Shown: positions 24,366 to 37,127, counted from the stretch's first letter. The stretch is DNA of 47,372 nt from Octopus bimaculoides (GCF_001194135.2 NC_068984.1:76889006-76936377), one strand, 5' to 3'. Translations and numbers: made by a program. Notes: generated by a model from the sequence alone, not told the origin.

Positions 24366-24927
24366 TANNNNNNNNNNATATATATATATACAGTATCATG
24401 TTGTGGAAACAAAGTAAATCAGCAGATTTATATATCATGTCTTGTGCTTCAGAATTAAATCTGAGCCTGAAGGATTGCTTGAAGGCACAAGTCATGATAT
24501 ATAAATTTGACAGTTTATTGTGTTTCCACATTGTGAAACTAATAGTAGCTCGTACTTAAGTAATGTGTATATTAACTGATATTTATCTTTCATTAGATGG
24601 AGTACGTTTTACGTTGAGCTTACCAATAGCAGAACAGTAAACTATATAACATTTCGAAATGTTTACTGGTTATCGATGTAATACACATTATTATCAACTG
24701 ATATAAGATGGGATGCAAACTCAGTGGATATTTCCTGTTAGTTTCATATGACGTATATTGTGACTAAAGTCCCGAAGGCGTGTGAGTTGATTGTTCAGAC
24801 TCGTAATTTAACTATTAGTCAACTTCAACATAAGTTTTTTGCTTCATTACAAGATGCCAATCCTTTAATGACAAATGAGCTCCTACCAATTATCGTAGGA
24901 AAAAAAAAATCATCATTTGTTAATATA

Positions 24928-25141
24928 CGAGGGGGTGGGGGTGGGGGGCTGAAAAGTTCCTGGCTTTGGATAAAAGAAAATACAGGAGGATCAGTTAATT
25001 ATGGTATTTAACGTATTCCCCGCTCAAATTAATACACTTGTTGCAGCGATCTTCCAGTTTTTCTAAGCCCTGTAAAAGAATTCGGAACCAGGACTTTCGC
25101 GACACCTCTAAAGCCGGGAACTTTTCAGCACCGCCTCCCAT
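24928..25141. mobile_element. mariner-derived MITE / internal-deletion derivative
   Basis: TA|CGAGGG...CTGAAAAGTTCCTGGC at the left and GCCGGGAACTTTTCAGCACCGCCTC at the right form imperfect TIRs. Confidence 0.75.
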
Positions 25142-25190
25142 GATAGAAATGCTTTTGGCTTAAATTCCTATTTCCTATTATTACTGAATG

Positions 25191-25385
25191 AAGGGCGGTG
25201 AGCTGGCCGAATCGTTAGCATGCCGGACAAACTGTTTAGCGGGATATTTTCCAGTTTTACATTGAGTTCAAATTTCACTGATGTTGACCTATGCCTTTCA
25301 TCATTTCGGGGTCAATAAAATAAGTACCAGTTGTGCGCTCGTCCGGATGTAATCGGCTAGACCCCTCCCCACCCACATTTCTTGT
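25191..25385 (+). mobile_element. tRNA-derived SINE, family A
   Basis: Homology to the 18305 copy. Confidence 0.85.
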
Positions 25386-25779
25386 GGCTATAGTAAAAAT
25401 ATATTACTAATGACTAAATTAGTGGATTGACACAGACATTAGAAAACGTTCTTTGAGGCTTTTTTTCGGTTCTCTTGCCTTCTGATTTTAAATCACGTTA
25501 ACTTTGCCGAGTACTGCAGTTGTTGAAAATCGGTTAATTCTTCACCACTCAAAATTGCTGGCTTTGTTCCTAAGTCAAGTAACCATTATTAACTTGCTTT
25601 TAAAGGGTATATTTTTTTAATGATTTCATAAATAGTTAATGAAAAAAAGAAAGACCTAACAATGTGTTTGAGAATCAGGTATTTTTGATTTTGAGAATAG
25701 AAAAATATTAGAAACTCTGAAAATAGTATTATCACAATCAGTAGAAACTTTCTCACATGAGTCACGACGTCATTGTAGT

Positions 25780-26110
25780 TGTGTAGCTCCAACCCGGTCT
25801 TTCCGGTGCAAGCTAAATGAGCATGCAGGTAGTCGTCCAAACAACGAGGTGATACCCACAAGTCCAGTTTCCCAGTTATATAATTTCTCCACCTAGTTGA
25901 CGACCATACTGCGCACTGAGACGTACAGAAATGTATACCAAGAAATGAAACAGCAACTTCAACATCTTACATTCTCTCAACGATCTTGTCTTATCCTGTT
26001 CGCTCGCAGTTTCTTGTACTGGCCACAACAACAGTGAAGTAAGGACTCAGGTAGAACACGATAATTGCCCTTTCTATGGTTAGAAGTGTGCAACTCAGAA
26101 AAGTATTTGA
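25780..26110 (+). pseudogene. Heavily degenerate coding remnant, possibly RTE-like reverse transcriptase
   Basis: Few stops in one frame over ~120 codons; NEHAGSRP resembles EQAGFRP, followed by ST.DH..QKC..E.KQQL.LTF, .R.FL.W and VRS(G)V(R)Q-like remnants. Motif recognition is weak. Confidence 0.3.
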
Positions 26111-26554
26111 GGTCAGTGAGACTGTTGATGTTGCAGCTATTTCTGCGTGTGTATGTTTCTTATGGCTGTCGACAATATGTCTGCGTATATTGGACGTGAA
26201 ATTTTTTATGATAGGGACCATTGGATGAAGCTTTCTGAAAAAACCAACTGCATGCCTTGCATGTCTCTGTAGTCAATCATTTTCGGCACTGTAATTTGTA
26301 GGGAAGAGGAATAGGTTGGTGAATAGGAACAAGAAAGGAAAATAAAAATGCGGATGTCAGCGTAGTAAGACCTCTGGATAATTGACAATTAGTAAAACTC
26401 TTTAGGGGTGAAATTTGAAAGGATTTTTAAAAGCCTTTCTTAAACTGAAAAAAAAAATATATATAATGATTGAACATTTTATAAATCTGTTCATATTTCA
26501 TGCCTTTGATCATAGATTTGTCTGTTTCATCAATAGTGACTTACGGCTAAGCAA

Positions 26555-26581
26555 CAGCATCATCATCATCATCATCATCAC

Positions 26582-26649
<68 letters not shown>

Positions 26650-26710
26650 CCATCATCAACATCATTGTCATTATCATCAGCGTCAACAACAACAACAATA
26701 GCAGCAACAG
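26555..26710. repeat. (CAT)n / (CAA)n microsatellite
   Basis: Direct. Confidence 0.97.
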
Positions 26711-27090
26711 TTGTAGATAACCTAAATCTTGACAAAGATTTCTGTTCTGTAAATTGTGATATCTTCCACAGGAATGAGACTTAACATGTAAAAAGGAGGG
26801 ATGGTGGGGGAACTGGAATTCGATTTGATCAACAGCCAGTTTTGGCAGTTTTCCTCTCACCTTACACAACCATAGGACTCAAGATCTAATATACTTAGGG
26901 AATATGTTAATAATGTTTATTCCTCAATCCTATTTGAAATCTCCGCACCACGCCTAGTTTTGAGGATTTGATATGAATGGAGGTAACATATCATGCATGA
27001 TCAATTGAATTCAGCTCTTGAAGTCGACTAAATAGTTGTCATGTGTACAATGCTCCTGTAGTTTATAGTGTTATTAATTATGATACTCAG

Positions 27091-27298
27091 AAGACGGAGT
27101 GATGACCGAACCGTTAGTACGCCGGACAAAATGCTTAGCGGCATTTCGCCCGTCATTATGTTTTGAGCTAAAACTCTGCCGAGGTCGACTTTGCCTTTCA
27201 TCCCTCGTGATCGATAAAATAAGTACTAGTTAAATACTGGGACCAATGTAATCGACTTATTCCCTCTTTCGAAATTACTGCCAAAATTTAAAATCAAT
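27091..27298 (+). mobile_element. tRNA-derived SINE, family A
   Basis: Homology to the 18305 copy. Confidence 0.8.
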
Positions 27299-27985
27299 TA
27301 TAATACCCAGTGGTACTTATTTTAGATAGATTTATACTGAACCGTTGACTTGGTTTTGGATATGATATAACGAAATAATTGTGTACCGGCAACAATGTAC
27401 AAAATAGTAGCTCATCGGCTTTGTCTTTCACTACTCATTCTGAATCTATTGGTTATTTGAAATTCAAATTTCATTGTTGCTCTTGTTATTTATAGTCTCG
27501 AACGAACATAATTCTAAACGCGTCTATTCATTTTCTTTTGTAGATGGCAAAGTGTGATTTTAAAAAATTTGATTCTAGTTTTCTGAGGTCATTAAACTAG
27601 ATAAAAGTATGTAAAATACCCCATAACACAATTTAGTGATTTACTACAATTATCTACAACTTCAGGAGAAGTATACGTAATTACCAAATGGCAATTGATA
27701 CTAGTTACACTTGAGAAGGGGAGATAATTTCAAGATTCAAAATGTTTTCCAAGTTGACATGTTATAAAGTAAAATAACAGCTTATCGTCTGGAGATAAGA
27801 GGACAGTCGTAGGCACATATTACTGACTTAACAACCATCATTAACACAGAAATTTCCGACCTTACTTCCCATAACTAAGGGAAATATACAAAAATGGTGG
27901 AATACATTTATGGCGTAGGTATTTTGCATAATTTAGATGAAAATGAAAAATAACTGAGAGTGGTTCGTGGATTACATTTGAACAG

Positions 27986-28337
27986 CATAGGTAAATACAA
28001 GTATATTTCATACCATGCACCATAAATTCTGGATTTATTAAAAAGTATCTACGCCCCTAGAGGATATATCATGACCAAACAGCAATTGAAAACCGCTCCG
28101 CTTCAGAAAGGGAAACAATCTCAAAATTCCAGAATTCTACTAAGTTGACATGACTATAGAATACTCCAAGGTTGACATGCTATCAATGAGAAGGACTAGC
28201 TTTTGAGATAAGCTTGTCGAGTTGACCTTCATTGACATTTGGTAGTTATGATGCATCCTCTAAAGGTGGAGATAACTGCAAAAAAAATCGAGAATTTATG
28301 ATGTATGATATTTAATATATACTTGTATTTATCTATG
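27986..28337. mobile_element. 352-bp MITE-like element with ~21-bp terminal inverted repeats
   Basis: CATAGGTAAATACAAGTATAT (27986-28006) vs ATATACTTGTATTTATCTATG (28317-28337), 1 mismatch; left half recurs at 28746-28915; no TSD seen. Confidence 0.55.
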
Positions 28338-28745
28338 ACCTTCATATATATGCCACTTATCGCTTGGAGTAATTTCCCTCGGCTCATTTTTCTTTAAGCT
28401 ATGTAAAGGCGTGACCTATCTGAATCTATAAATTTTCCCCTGACCACAGGCAGAACAGATGCTTCGTCATTAGTTAAATTCAAACTCCTAATTAGTGTTA
28501 GACATGCATCAAAGCAAATGCTTCCTTGTTGTTTAGCCACATCTTAGCCTGACCAATCAAACATATAATCAAATCTGTTCTAGCTGTGGTCAATCTGTCA
28601 CCTTTATAATGCAAATCGTTTAATTAGGAAGCCATAGTAAAAATGTATCGAAGTATTCAAGCGAAATTATCTTTCAACTTTTAATTGTTTCATTCATTGG
28701 ACAGTTGTCATGATGCAGCACTATCTTGAAGGGTTTTACTTATTA

Positions 28746-28915
28746 TAAATACAAGTATATTTCATACCATACACCATAAATTCTGGATTTATTAAAAGTA
28801 TCTACGCCTCTAGAAGATATATCATGACCAAACAGCAATTGAAACCCGCTCCACTTCAGAAAAGGAAGCAATCTCAAAATTCCAGAATTCTATTAAGTTG
28901 ACATGACTATAGAAT
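28746..28915 (+). repeat. 170-bp direct copy of 27992-28162
   Basis: Direct alignment with only scattered substitutions. Confidence 0.95.
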
Positions 28916-29413
28916 GCTTATTGTATCAGTCTTTTGCCGAATAACTAATTTACACGGAGGCAAACAAAGGGACACACATACACACACACGCGTCTCTGTG
29001 TGTGTGTGTATACACAACGGTCTTCCACACAGTTTCCGTTTACCAAATTCATTCACACGGCATTGATTCATCAGCCCGAAGGTATAGTAGAAAATCATTT
29101 ACTTATGATTGTCCGTTGTACGATGCCAGTCTATCGATTATCAGTTAGTGATAACATTTTAAAGCAAAGAACATGATAAAGCTAACTACAAATAATTGTG
29201 TGGAAGAAGTCACAATATTATTTGATGGCTAATTTTATTCAAAGTGGAAGAGTCATCGACTGGATGTGTATAAATGAAATTATGACGTCATTGCAGACAT
29301 GTATCGCAAATATCACATGAAATATAGAACAAAGGGTAACATACGAAATGTATTACCATCCTTTAATTTTTTGTGTCATGAAAACATAATGAAAATGACT
29401 TTAAAAGAGAACA

Positions 29414-30516
29414 TCTTACTATAATGGGCGTTATGTCCATCCGTCTGTCTGTACCCTCTTCACGGTCGAACGGCTGGACCAATGGTCATGATGATTTTCG
29501 GAATTACGGAGGTAATCAGGCAGGTTTTTAAGCGAAAGAAATATGAAAAAGTATGATTATTTAGAAGATATTGAGGGTAGTTATTCAGTTTACGGGCATA
29601 AAAAATAAGTAAAAAAGTAAGGGAGAGATAACTAATAAAAGAAGCAAAGGGAAGTAAGTCAACTTAGTTCTCCACTGAATTTCGCCATATACATAAGTTT
29701 TAGTTTACGATAGTTTCATTAAGAAAGGCTTATCTTTAATCGGTGTATGAACAATTACCGATATTGAGTTTTGTATTAATAAATCACCTTTGTTAAAATT
29801 CCGGCGACGAGGATTAACTCTGAACCCCGCCCTATTGAATAGTTCGTGAATTCAGAGGGTTTACGTTTGCGATACTATCCCTTTATTTCTCATCGTAGAT
29901 GGGCAGATTCCTAAAGAATCTGCTCGCGCATTCACAGCAAAAAAAGCACAGGACCAGACTTTAGCTCGTGTGCATGTATTTTTACTCACTCCGATGTTTA
30001 CACACGGCCAGTTATATGTCACTATGAGAAGAGCAATGGACTCCAGTGACTTGAAAATTAATGTCGACCAAACAGAAAATATAGTCTACAAAGTTCCGTA
30101 ATCATATTGATTCTATCGAAAGAAATATGATTCATATTTTAAATTTGTGAACTTTGAGTGTATAAGAGTATAAACAAGCGTAAAATAGTGTAAACAACTA
30201 AAATAAAAGTATACCTAAATATCATTTTTTTGTTAATACTTTTTATGTAGTGGTCGAAGGAAACTCTAGCTTTTGTTAGGAGTAGTCCACATAACCATTC
30301 ATGATACAGAAGCTGGGAGTCTATTACAGTTCGGGAGTGAGTCATCATCACATGTCAGTCGCAAACACATGTCCTATAGCTGCAATAGAATACTGTATCA
30401 CCAACAAGAATGTGATTTGCCTAAGGCATCACTCAGTAATCTACGAAGTTCATCTACAAATTTTTCAATACATACTGCTGTTATATGCCTCCATCGTAAA
30501 TGGGTAGGTTTGCTAG
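29414..30516 (+). mobile_element. Complete 1.1-kb non-autonomous Helitron with PIF1-helicase C-terminal remnant
   Basis: Host A|TC start; 3' imperfect hairpin CCTCCAT-CGTAA-ATGGGTAGG then CTAG|T end; internal AFTAKKAQDQTLARVHVFLLTPMFTHGQLYVTMRRA..TENIVYKVP* (~29930-30110) matches the Helitron KSQGQTL..FSHGQLYVA.SR..T.NIVY motif. Confidence 0.85.
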
Positions 30517-30813
30517 TATCACAAATGCTACAAAATGTTTTGTTTCATGAAATCAATGAAATAATGAGCAGAACAGACAGAACGTGGGTTGGAGAAACGC
30601 GATGGAAAAGAAAACATGATATATATCTATGTATATATAGAAGTACTTCTTCATTGCTTAAAACCGCATATAATATACAATTTTTCTCTTAGAATATTCG
30701 CGTAAACTGGCGTTGCAAGTGAAGATGGTACCGAAGCATGTGTAACTTATAATTAAAGTCGTGTTAAAGAATTCTCTTTGTCTTCTTCTTTTCATTGGTA
30801 TATATATATATAT

Positions 30814-31724
30814 NNNNNNNNNNNNNNNNNNNNNNNNNNNNNNNNNNNNNNNNNNNNNNNNNNNNNNNNNNNNNNNNNNNNNNNNNNNNNNNNNNNNNNN
30901 NNNNNNNNNNNNNNNNNNNNNNNNNNNNNNNNNNNNNNNNNNNNNNNNNNNNNNNNNNNNNNNNNNNNNNNNNNNNNNNNNNNNNNNNNNNNNNNNNNNN
31001 NNNNNNNNNNNNNNNNNNNNNNNNNNNNNNNNNNNNNNNNNNNNNNNNNNNNNNNNNNNNNNNNNNNNNNNNNNNNNNNNNNNNNNNNNNNNNNNNNNNN
31101 NNNNNNNNNNNNNNNNNNNNNNNNNNNNNNNNNNNNNNNNNNNNNNNNNNNNNNNNNNNNNNNNNNNNNNNNNNNNNNNNNNNNNNNNNNNNNNNNNNNN
31201 NNNNNNNNNNNNNNNNNNNNNNNNNNNNNNNNNNNNNNNNNNNNNNNNNNNNNNNNNNNNNNNNNNNNNNNNNNNNNNNNNNNNNNNNNNNNNNNNNNNN
31301 NNNNNNNNNNNNNNNNNNNNNNNNNNNNNNNNNNNNNNNNNNNNNNNNNNNNNNNNNNNNNNNNNNNNNNNNNNNNNNNNNNNNNNNNNNNNNNNNNNNN
31401 NNNNNNNNNNNNNNNNNNNNNNNNNNNNNNNNNNNNNNNNNNNNNNNNNNNNNNNNNNNNNNNNNNNNNNNNNNNNNNNNNNNNNNNNNNNNNNNNNNNN
31501 NNNNNNNNNNNNNNNNNNNNNNNNNNNNNNNNNNNNNNNNNNNNNNNNNNNNNNNNNNNNNNNNNNNNNNNNNNNNNNNNNNNNNNNNNNNNNNNNNNNN
31601 NNNNNNNNNNNNNNNNNNNNNNNNNNNNNNNNNNNNNNNNNNNNNNNNNNNNNNNNNNNNNNNNNNNNNNNNNNNNNNNNNNNNNNNNNNNNNNNNNNNN
31701 NNNNNNNNNNNNNNNNNNNNNNNN
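30814..31724. other. Assembly gap (N). Other large gaps: 21333-21547, 35207-35644, 36514-36843, 45689-46189, plus several 10-N gaps inside microsatellites
   Basis: Direct; X-filled ORFs in the track are artefacts. Confidence 1.
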
Positions 31725-31854
31725 ACATGCATATGCACGTGTGTTTATATATGTATAGTGTGTGTGTGTGTGTGTATGTACGTGTGTGTATATATATTTA
31801 TATATATATATATATGTATGTATGAATGTATGTGTGTGTATATATATATATGTA

Positions 31855-31923
<69 letters not shown>

Positions 31924-31999
31924 GTCTATCTATCTATCAATTTATCTCTGTCTGTTTGTCTCTCTGTCTCTCTCTGTATAAGCGCCACAATAATCACTA

Positions 32000-32350
32000 T
32001 GCCATATCGTTCCCTGCCAGATTGTCGGTCCTCGGTGGGGTGGGGGTTGGGCGTTTCTTCTTGCTGATATCTTTTCTCCAGGTGTTGCCTTGCAAAGTTT
32101 CAAGAGAAATATTACTGGTATCAATCTAACTCATATTGGAAGGTCTGAGGAGGCCATCGACAGTGCCTCTTATCCCTGAGAGAGCAAAGAGAAAAAGACA
32201 AATCTGATTATGGTTTGGTAATGTTAACTGCACAACCTTAGCAACGCATTTGTAAATACCGTTGTGTCCTTCCTTCGCCATTTCAACTCCTCGACAACAC
32301 CTTTCGTCTGTTGCTTTTATGGATCACTTCTAAAACTAAAATATTCAACA
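32000..32350 (-). pseudogene. Possible very degenerate R4-like RT remnant
   Basis: QxKG..KD..LLR, LSMA..D and TIWQGT (cf. RGIFQGD)-like remnants. Confidence 0.3.
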
Positions 32351-32619
32351 TTGCTCACACAACCTGATACTCATGTTCTTCTCTTCTGTTTTTAATTATT
32401 TGAAATCTTCTAAGGAAGGAGATGGTTTCGAATTAAGAAATGTAGATTACAAAAATAAATTCGCATTTTAAACTTGAGAGTAACCTTGCATATTTTTCCT
32501 GTTCCCCTGACTGAGTGTATCTGTTATATATGTATTGGATGGTTGATTTCTTTATCTCAAAACCTACTTATCCAGATCGTCATTTAGGAATGCACTCACA
32601 TTAATATTGTATGGATAAT

Positions 32620-33200
32620 TATTGGTATAAAGTTGAATTTAGAAACTGGATGTAGAAGCTGGAGGCTTCCAGTGAATTTGTACGTATTTATCCTCTTTCT
32701 CTTTGAAAGTATGTACATACTTTATCTTATCTTTCTCAAACAGCAATATCCGGCCTATTATATTTACACGTGACAAAAGTGTTGATGAGGATGTTTGTGT
32801 ATGTATTTCAAGACTCTCTTTTTCGGATAGCATTGTATGTTGTTTTAGAGAGTCACGTCGTGTCGTATGGGGCACCTACTAATCATATCATATGCGTGGT
32901 GTCTTTCACATTTTCGGTTACATTTTTGCGGATCCAAGGAGTTCACTGACGCTTTTGTTTACTAGGCATTTAGTAGTAATCTCCTGTTATTCGATTGCAA
33001 ATGCATAGTCTTCGAAGTGTGGTGTGGTTATGAGTCAAGGAGAGGCTGCGTTTCATGTCGATATAGCCGTCTTCTGCAAATCTTCAGGAAATATATCCAT
33101 ACACAATACTCTTTTGGCATGCCGAGCATTTGAGTATGCTGAGATACTCTTTGAGATATGCTAGCCCAAATGTTGAGTGTTATATGGCAGGTCATCAGAA
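32620..33200 (-). mobile_element. R4/Dong-like LINE fragment (zinc knuckle + RLE), subfamily like 8.0-8.6 kb
   Basis: FEDYAFAI.QEITTK.LVNK; MISRCP..RHDV..TYNAIRK; CKYNRPDIAV(W)E; KEKEDKY. Confidence 0.75.
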
Positions 33201-33344
33201 TGTGAGTAATTGCTGAGGTACTTTCTGCAAAAACGTAGGATGTTATTCACTTCACTTTTCTGTTATGTATGTATGTATGTATGTATGTATGTATGTATGT
33301 ATGTCTGCATGTATGTATGTATGTGTGTATGTATGTATGTCTCG

Positions 33345-33672
33345 ATTTATCCCTGGGGTACAAATATAGGAAGGCCAGTACACCCATCATGACTATCCGT
33401 CTCATAAGAGTACACCAGGCACATGCCTCACAGCCATATGTGTGCAACAAGATGACCTCATATCAAGATAAAAACCACGTGAAGTTGTAGGTGGAGTGCA
33501 GCTAAAATTTCCATCAGATCGTGTAGTCTATCCAGTTCAAAACGTTCTTGAATAAGAGGTGAATTATTCAAACTCCAAATAACTCCTCTCAACATATTGG
33601 TATGTTGCTCCTCCACAACTTCGGCTCATGATCAGAGATGCACATACCGTCAACCACCAAAGGACATTCTCA
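33345..33672 (-). mobile_element. Fragment of the ~720-bp TAA-tailed repeat, lacking the minisatellite
   Basis: Reverse-complement homology to ~215-735. Confidence 0.8.
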
Positions 33673-33856
33673 AATAATGCATGTCAAATAACTGATAAGC
33701 AAATCTCATATTCAACAGAATATTACTGTAGCCCGTCTTTTACACCAAGACAAAACATGTATGTGTGTGTGTATGTATGTATGTATGTATGTATGTATGT
33801 ATGCATGTATGTATGTATGTATGTATGTATGTATGTATGTATGTATGTATGTATGT

Positions 33857-34237
33857 GTGGAGGCGCAATGGCCCAGTGGTTAGGGCAATAGACTCGCGGT
33901 CTTAGAATCGCGGTTTAGATTCCCAGACCAGGCGTTGTGAGTGTTTATTGAGCGAAAACATCTAAAGCTCCACGAGGCTCCGGCAGGGGATGGTGGCGAA
34001 CCCTGCTGTACTCTTTCACCACAACTTTCTCTCACTCTTTCTTCCTGTTTCTGTTGTGCCTGTATTTCAAAGGGCCAGCCTTCTCACACTGTGTCACACT
34101 GAATATCCCCGAGAACTACGTTAAGGGTACATGTGTTTGTGGAGTGCTTAGCCTCTTGCACGTTAATTTCATGAGCAGGTTGTTCCGTTGATCAGATCAA
34201 CTGGAACACTCGACGTCGTAAGCGACGGAGTGCCAAC
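33857..34237 (+). mobile_element. tRNA-derived SINE, family C, embedded in (TATG)n
   Basis: Full-length homology to 22781-23150. Confidence 0.9.
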
Positions 34238-34379
34238 GCATGCATGCATGCATGCATGTATGTATGTATGTATGTATGTATGTATGTATGTATGTATGTA
34301 TGTATGTATGCATGTATGTATGTATGTATGCATGTATGTATGTATGTATGTATGTATGTATGTATGTATTATCTGATAG

Positions 34380-35060
34380 ATTTCTGCTAGAAAATCTTTT
34401 ATAGGTTTATGAATACCACCAATTTTTCAACCACTATTATGATTACATAATTCTAATTTCACTCTTAACTTATTTTAAATCTAATTTATAAGATATTGCA
34501 CTTTTACCTCTTAAACTCAACCTTGTCTCGTATTTCATCTTACTAACCTTGCAACTTCATCATACCGCTTCCTCTTACTATTGTCTATCTAGACATATCA
34601 TAAAATATGTATTTTCTTATCTTCTCTCGTTTAAGTACAATTGGGGACTTCATATAATATCAGCTTTTCTTATCATTTGTCTCTGGCCATAAATTAAATA
34701 AATAATATCATAAAATAGACGTTTTCCCAAATATTTTATTCTCTCTCTCTCTCCCTTTCTTTTTCTCTCTCTCTCTCATTCTCTCTCCCTACCTCTTATG
34801 TCTACAATACGACATTTTATAAAGTATCGACGTTACTTACCATATTGTCTCTCGTCACAATTTAAACAGTTGGTTGCAGAATTTATCTTAGTACCCTTAA
34901 CAATCACATAAACAAAAGCAGTTATGCAAAAGCTCTTTATACAATAATTGATCAGGATATATATTTAGTTCGCTTAATTCAGAGATTACTCCCAAGAAAA
35001 TCTTCTTATACTGTGTATGTTGTATACCGTTCTTTATTATAGATATTTTAACTATGATTA
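34380..35060 (-). pseudogene. Possible very old R4/Dong-like fragment
   Basis: RKRYDEVARLVR(W) and (W)YHKP-like remnants resembling RHD.VA..HW..WY.HKP. Confidence 0.25.
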
Positions 35061-35173
35061 TTGAATGTATATTAAAACTTTCTGCTACCCTTGAAACATT
35101 TGAACGTATATATATATCATTATAAATATTAATAGTAAGTAAAAATACTTCATCCACACACATACACACACAC

Positions 35174-35206
<33 letters not shown>

Positions 35207-35679
35207 NNNNNNNNNNNNNNNNNNNNNNNNNNNNNNNNNNNNNNNNNNNNNNNNNNNNNNNNNNNNNNNNNNNNNNNNNNNNNNNNNNNNNNNNNNNNNN
35301 NNNNNNNNNNNNNNNNNNNNNNNNNNNNNNNNNNNNNNNNNNNNNNNNNNNNNNNNNNNNNNNNNNNNNNNNNNNNNNNNNNNNNNNNNNNNNNNNNNNN
35401 NNNNNNNNNNNNNNNNNNNNNNNNNNNNNNNNNNNNNNNNNNNNNNNNNNNNNNNNNNNNNNNNNNNNNNNNNNNNNNNNNNNNNNNNNNNNNNNNNNNN
35501 NNNNNNNNNNNNNNNNNNNNNNNNNNNNNNNNNNNNNNNNNNNNNNNNNNNNNNNNNNNNNNNNNNNNNNNNNNNNNNNNNNNNNNNNNNNNNNNNNNNN
35601 NNNNNNNNNNNNNNNNNNNNNNNNNNNNNNNNNNNNNNNNNNNNTATATATATGTGTGTGTGTGTGTATATATATATAC

Positions 35680-35723
<44 letters not shown>

Positions 35724-35749
35724 TCTGAACGTTTTACATAAATATACCA

Positions 35750-36470
35750 AACAGGAAGTTCGTAGCTAATTCTCTAGCAATCAACCCCAGAAGCATCATT
35801 ACAATTTCACGCATTTAACGTTGATATTGTTCACTTTCGTTGGCACCAATGGCGAAAAGCCACTGGGAATAGCTAACGAACGCACAGGAAAATTACGAAA
35901 ACAAACATGACAAAATAAAATATACTTATACAAAAAAAATCCATGTAGCCGAAAAACGGACAGGTGTGGGGCAATGCAAAGAATAATGAAAATAACCTGT
36001 AGGACGAGAGAAGGACAGACAATAAGTCAGAACGAAGGAAGAAGTAAAGTATAATGGAGAGAAAGAGAGAATAAGGATGAGAAGGAGAGATGCAGGAAGG
36101 TAAAAGAGAGGTAAAGAAAGAGCAAGAGACAGAAATAGACGTCGCAGAAAAAGTATTCCAAGAATATTTTACAAATGAATAAAAATGAATCAGAAGTGTG
36201 TAGCGTTACATCGGTAATATTTTTAAAATTTAACAGAAAGACAAACATAAACTTTAGAAAAGCATTACAAACAGAAAATTCGTAGCTAATTCCTCATCAG
36301 CCCACGTCCAAAAGATCATTACAATTTCACGCCTTTAACATTGATATAATTCATTTTTGGTGTCGCCAGTAGCGAAAAGTCACAGGGAATAGTTAACAAA
36401 CGTACAGGACAATAACGAAACGAAAATAAACGCTACAAAATAAAATATACAACAAAACAAGCCGCAGGAT
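35750..36470. repeat. Diverged local direct duplication of ~190 bp (35750-35930 and 36270-36470)
   Basis: Shared TTCGTAGCTAATT..ATCATTACAATTTCACGC.TTTAAC.TTGATAT..GCGAAAAG.CAC.GGGAATAG; 13 differences in a 72-nt ungapped core. Confidence 0.85.
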
Positions 36471-36478
36471 GTATATAT

Positions 36479-36513
<35 letters not shown>

Positions 36514-37066
36514 NNNNNNNNNNNNNNNNNNNNNNNNNNNNNNNNNNNNNNNNNNNNNNNNNNNNNNNNNNNNNNNNNNNNNNNNNNNNNNNNNNNNNNN
36601 NNNNNNNNNNNNNNNNNNNNNNNNNNNNNNNNNNNNNNNNNNNNNNNNNNNNNNNNNNNNNNNNNNNNNNNNNNNNNNNNNNNNNNNNNNNNNNNNNNNN
36701 NNNNNNNNNNNNNNNNNNNNNNNNNNNNNNNNNNNNNNNNNNNNNNNNNNNNNNNNNNNNNNNNNNNNNNNNNNNNNNNNNNNNNNNNNNNNNNNNNNNN
36801 NNNNNNNNNNNNNNNNNNNNNNNNNNNNNNNNNNNNNNNNNNNNTAATATTTGGAGCTGGTGATTTTGTCAACAAACATACACACTATTTGGAGACGCAA
36901 AGAAGAAGTTGAAGAGATCAAAATATGTGTGACGAAAGAACTTTCACAGAATAAACAATGGTTGTATGTCAAATAGTGCATATGTTTAAAGGCAAAATGA
37001 CTGTCCTCAATACATAATATTACAATGTCTGTTTCGACGCGAATTCGCATAAATAATCTATGACTA

Positions 37067-37127
37067 GATAACTGAAAAGATGGCGGCGTCGGTTTCCGCT
37101 CCGGCATCCGAAACTCGAAGTTTTATC
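37067..37127 (+). ncRNA. Type I hammerhead-like motif (G8 to A core change, probably inactive), solo PLE 3' end extending to ~37190
   Basis: GAUAA-CUGAAAA-GAUGGCGG..CCGGCAUC-C-GAA-ACU(CGA)AGU-U-UUAUC; the following ~60 nt match the 3' end of the PLE at 10400-10460. Confidence 0.6.

Noticed and set aside
25590-26390. Minus-strand frames with hydrophobic stretches and LTIER, suggestive of a GPCR
   Set aside because: Needs several frameshifts and the helix order is inconsistent; RTE-like RT motifs on the plus strand are at least as plausible
32082-32179. Strong plus-strand acceptor opening GVALQSFKRNITGINLTHIGRSEEAIDSASYP*
   Set aside because: No partner exons, and the opposite strand shows remnants of an R4-like RT that explain the coding-like composition
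32650-32800. Frame-compatible chain of plus-strand micro-exons
   Set aside because: Antisense to a clear RLE endonuclease (NRPDIAV) fragment
36270-36310. CUGAUGA on the minus strand within the 190-bp duplication
   Set aside because: No GAAA, no helix I or III pairing, and the motif is absent in the paralogous copy
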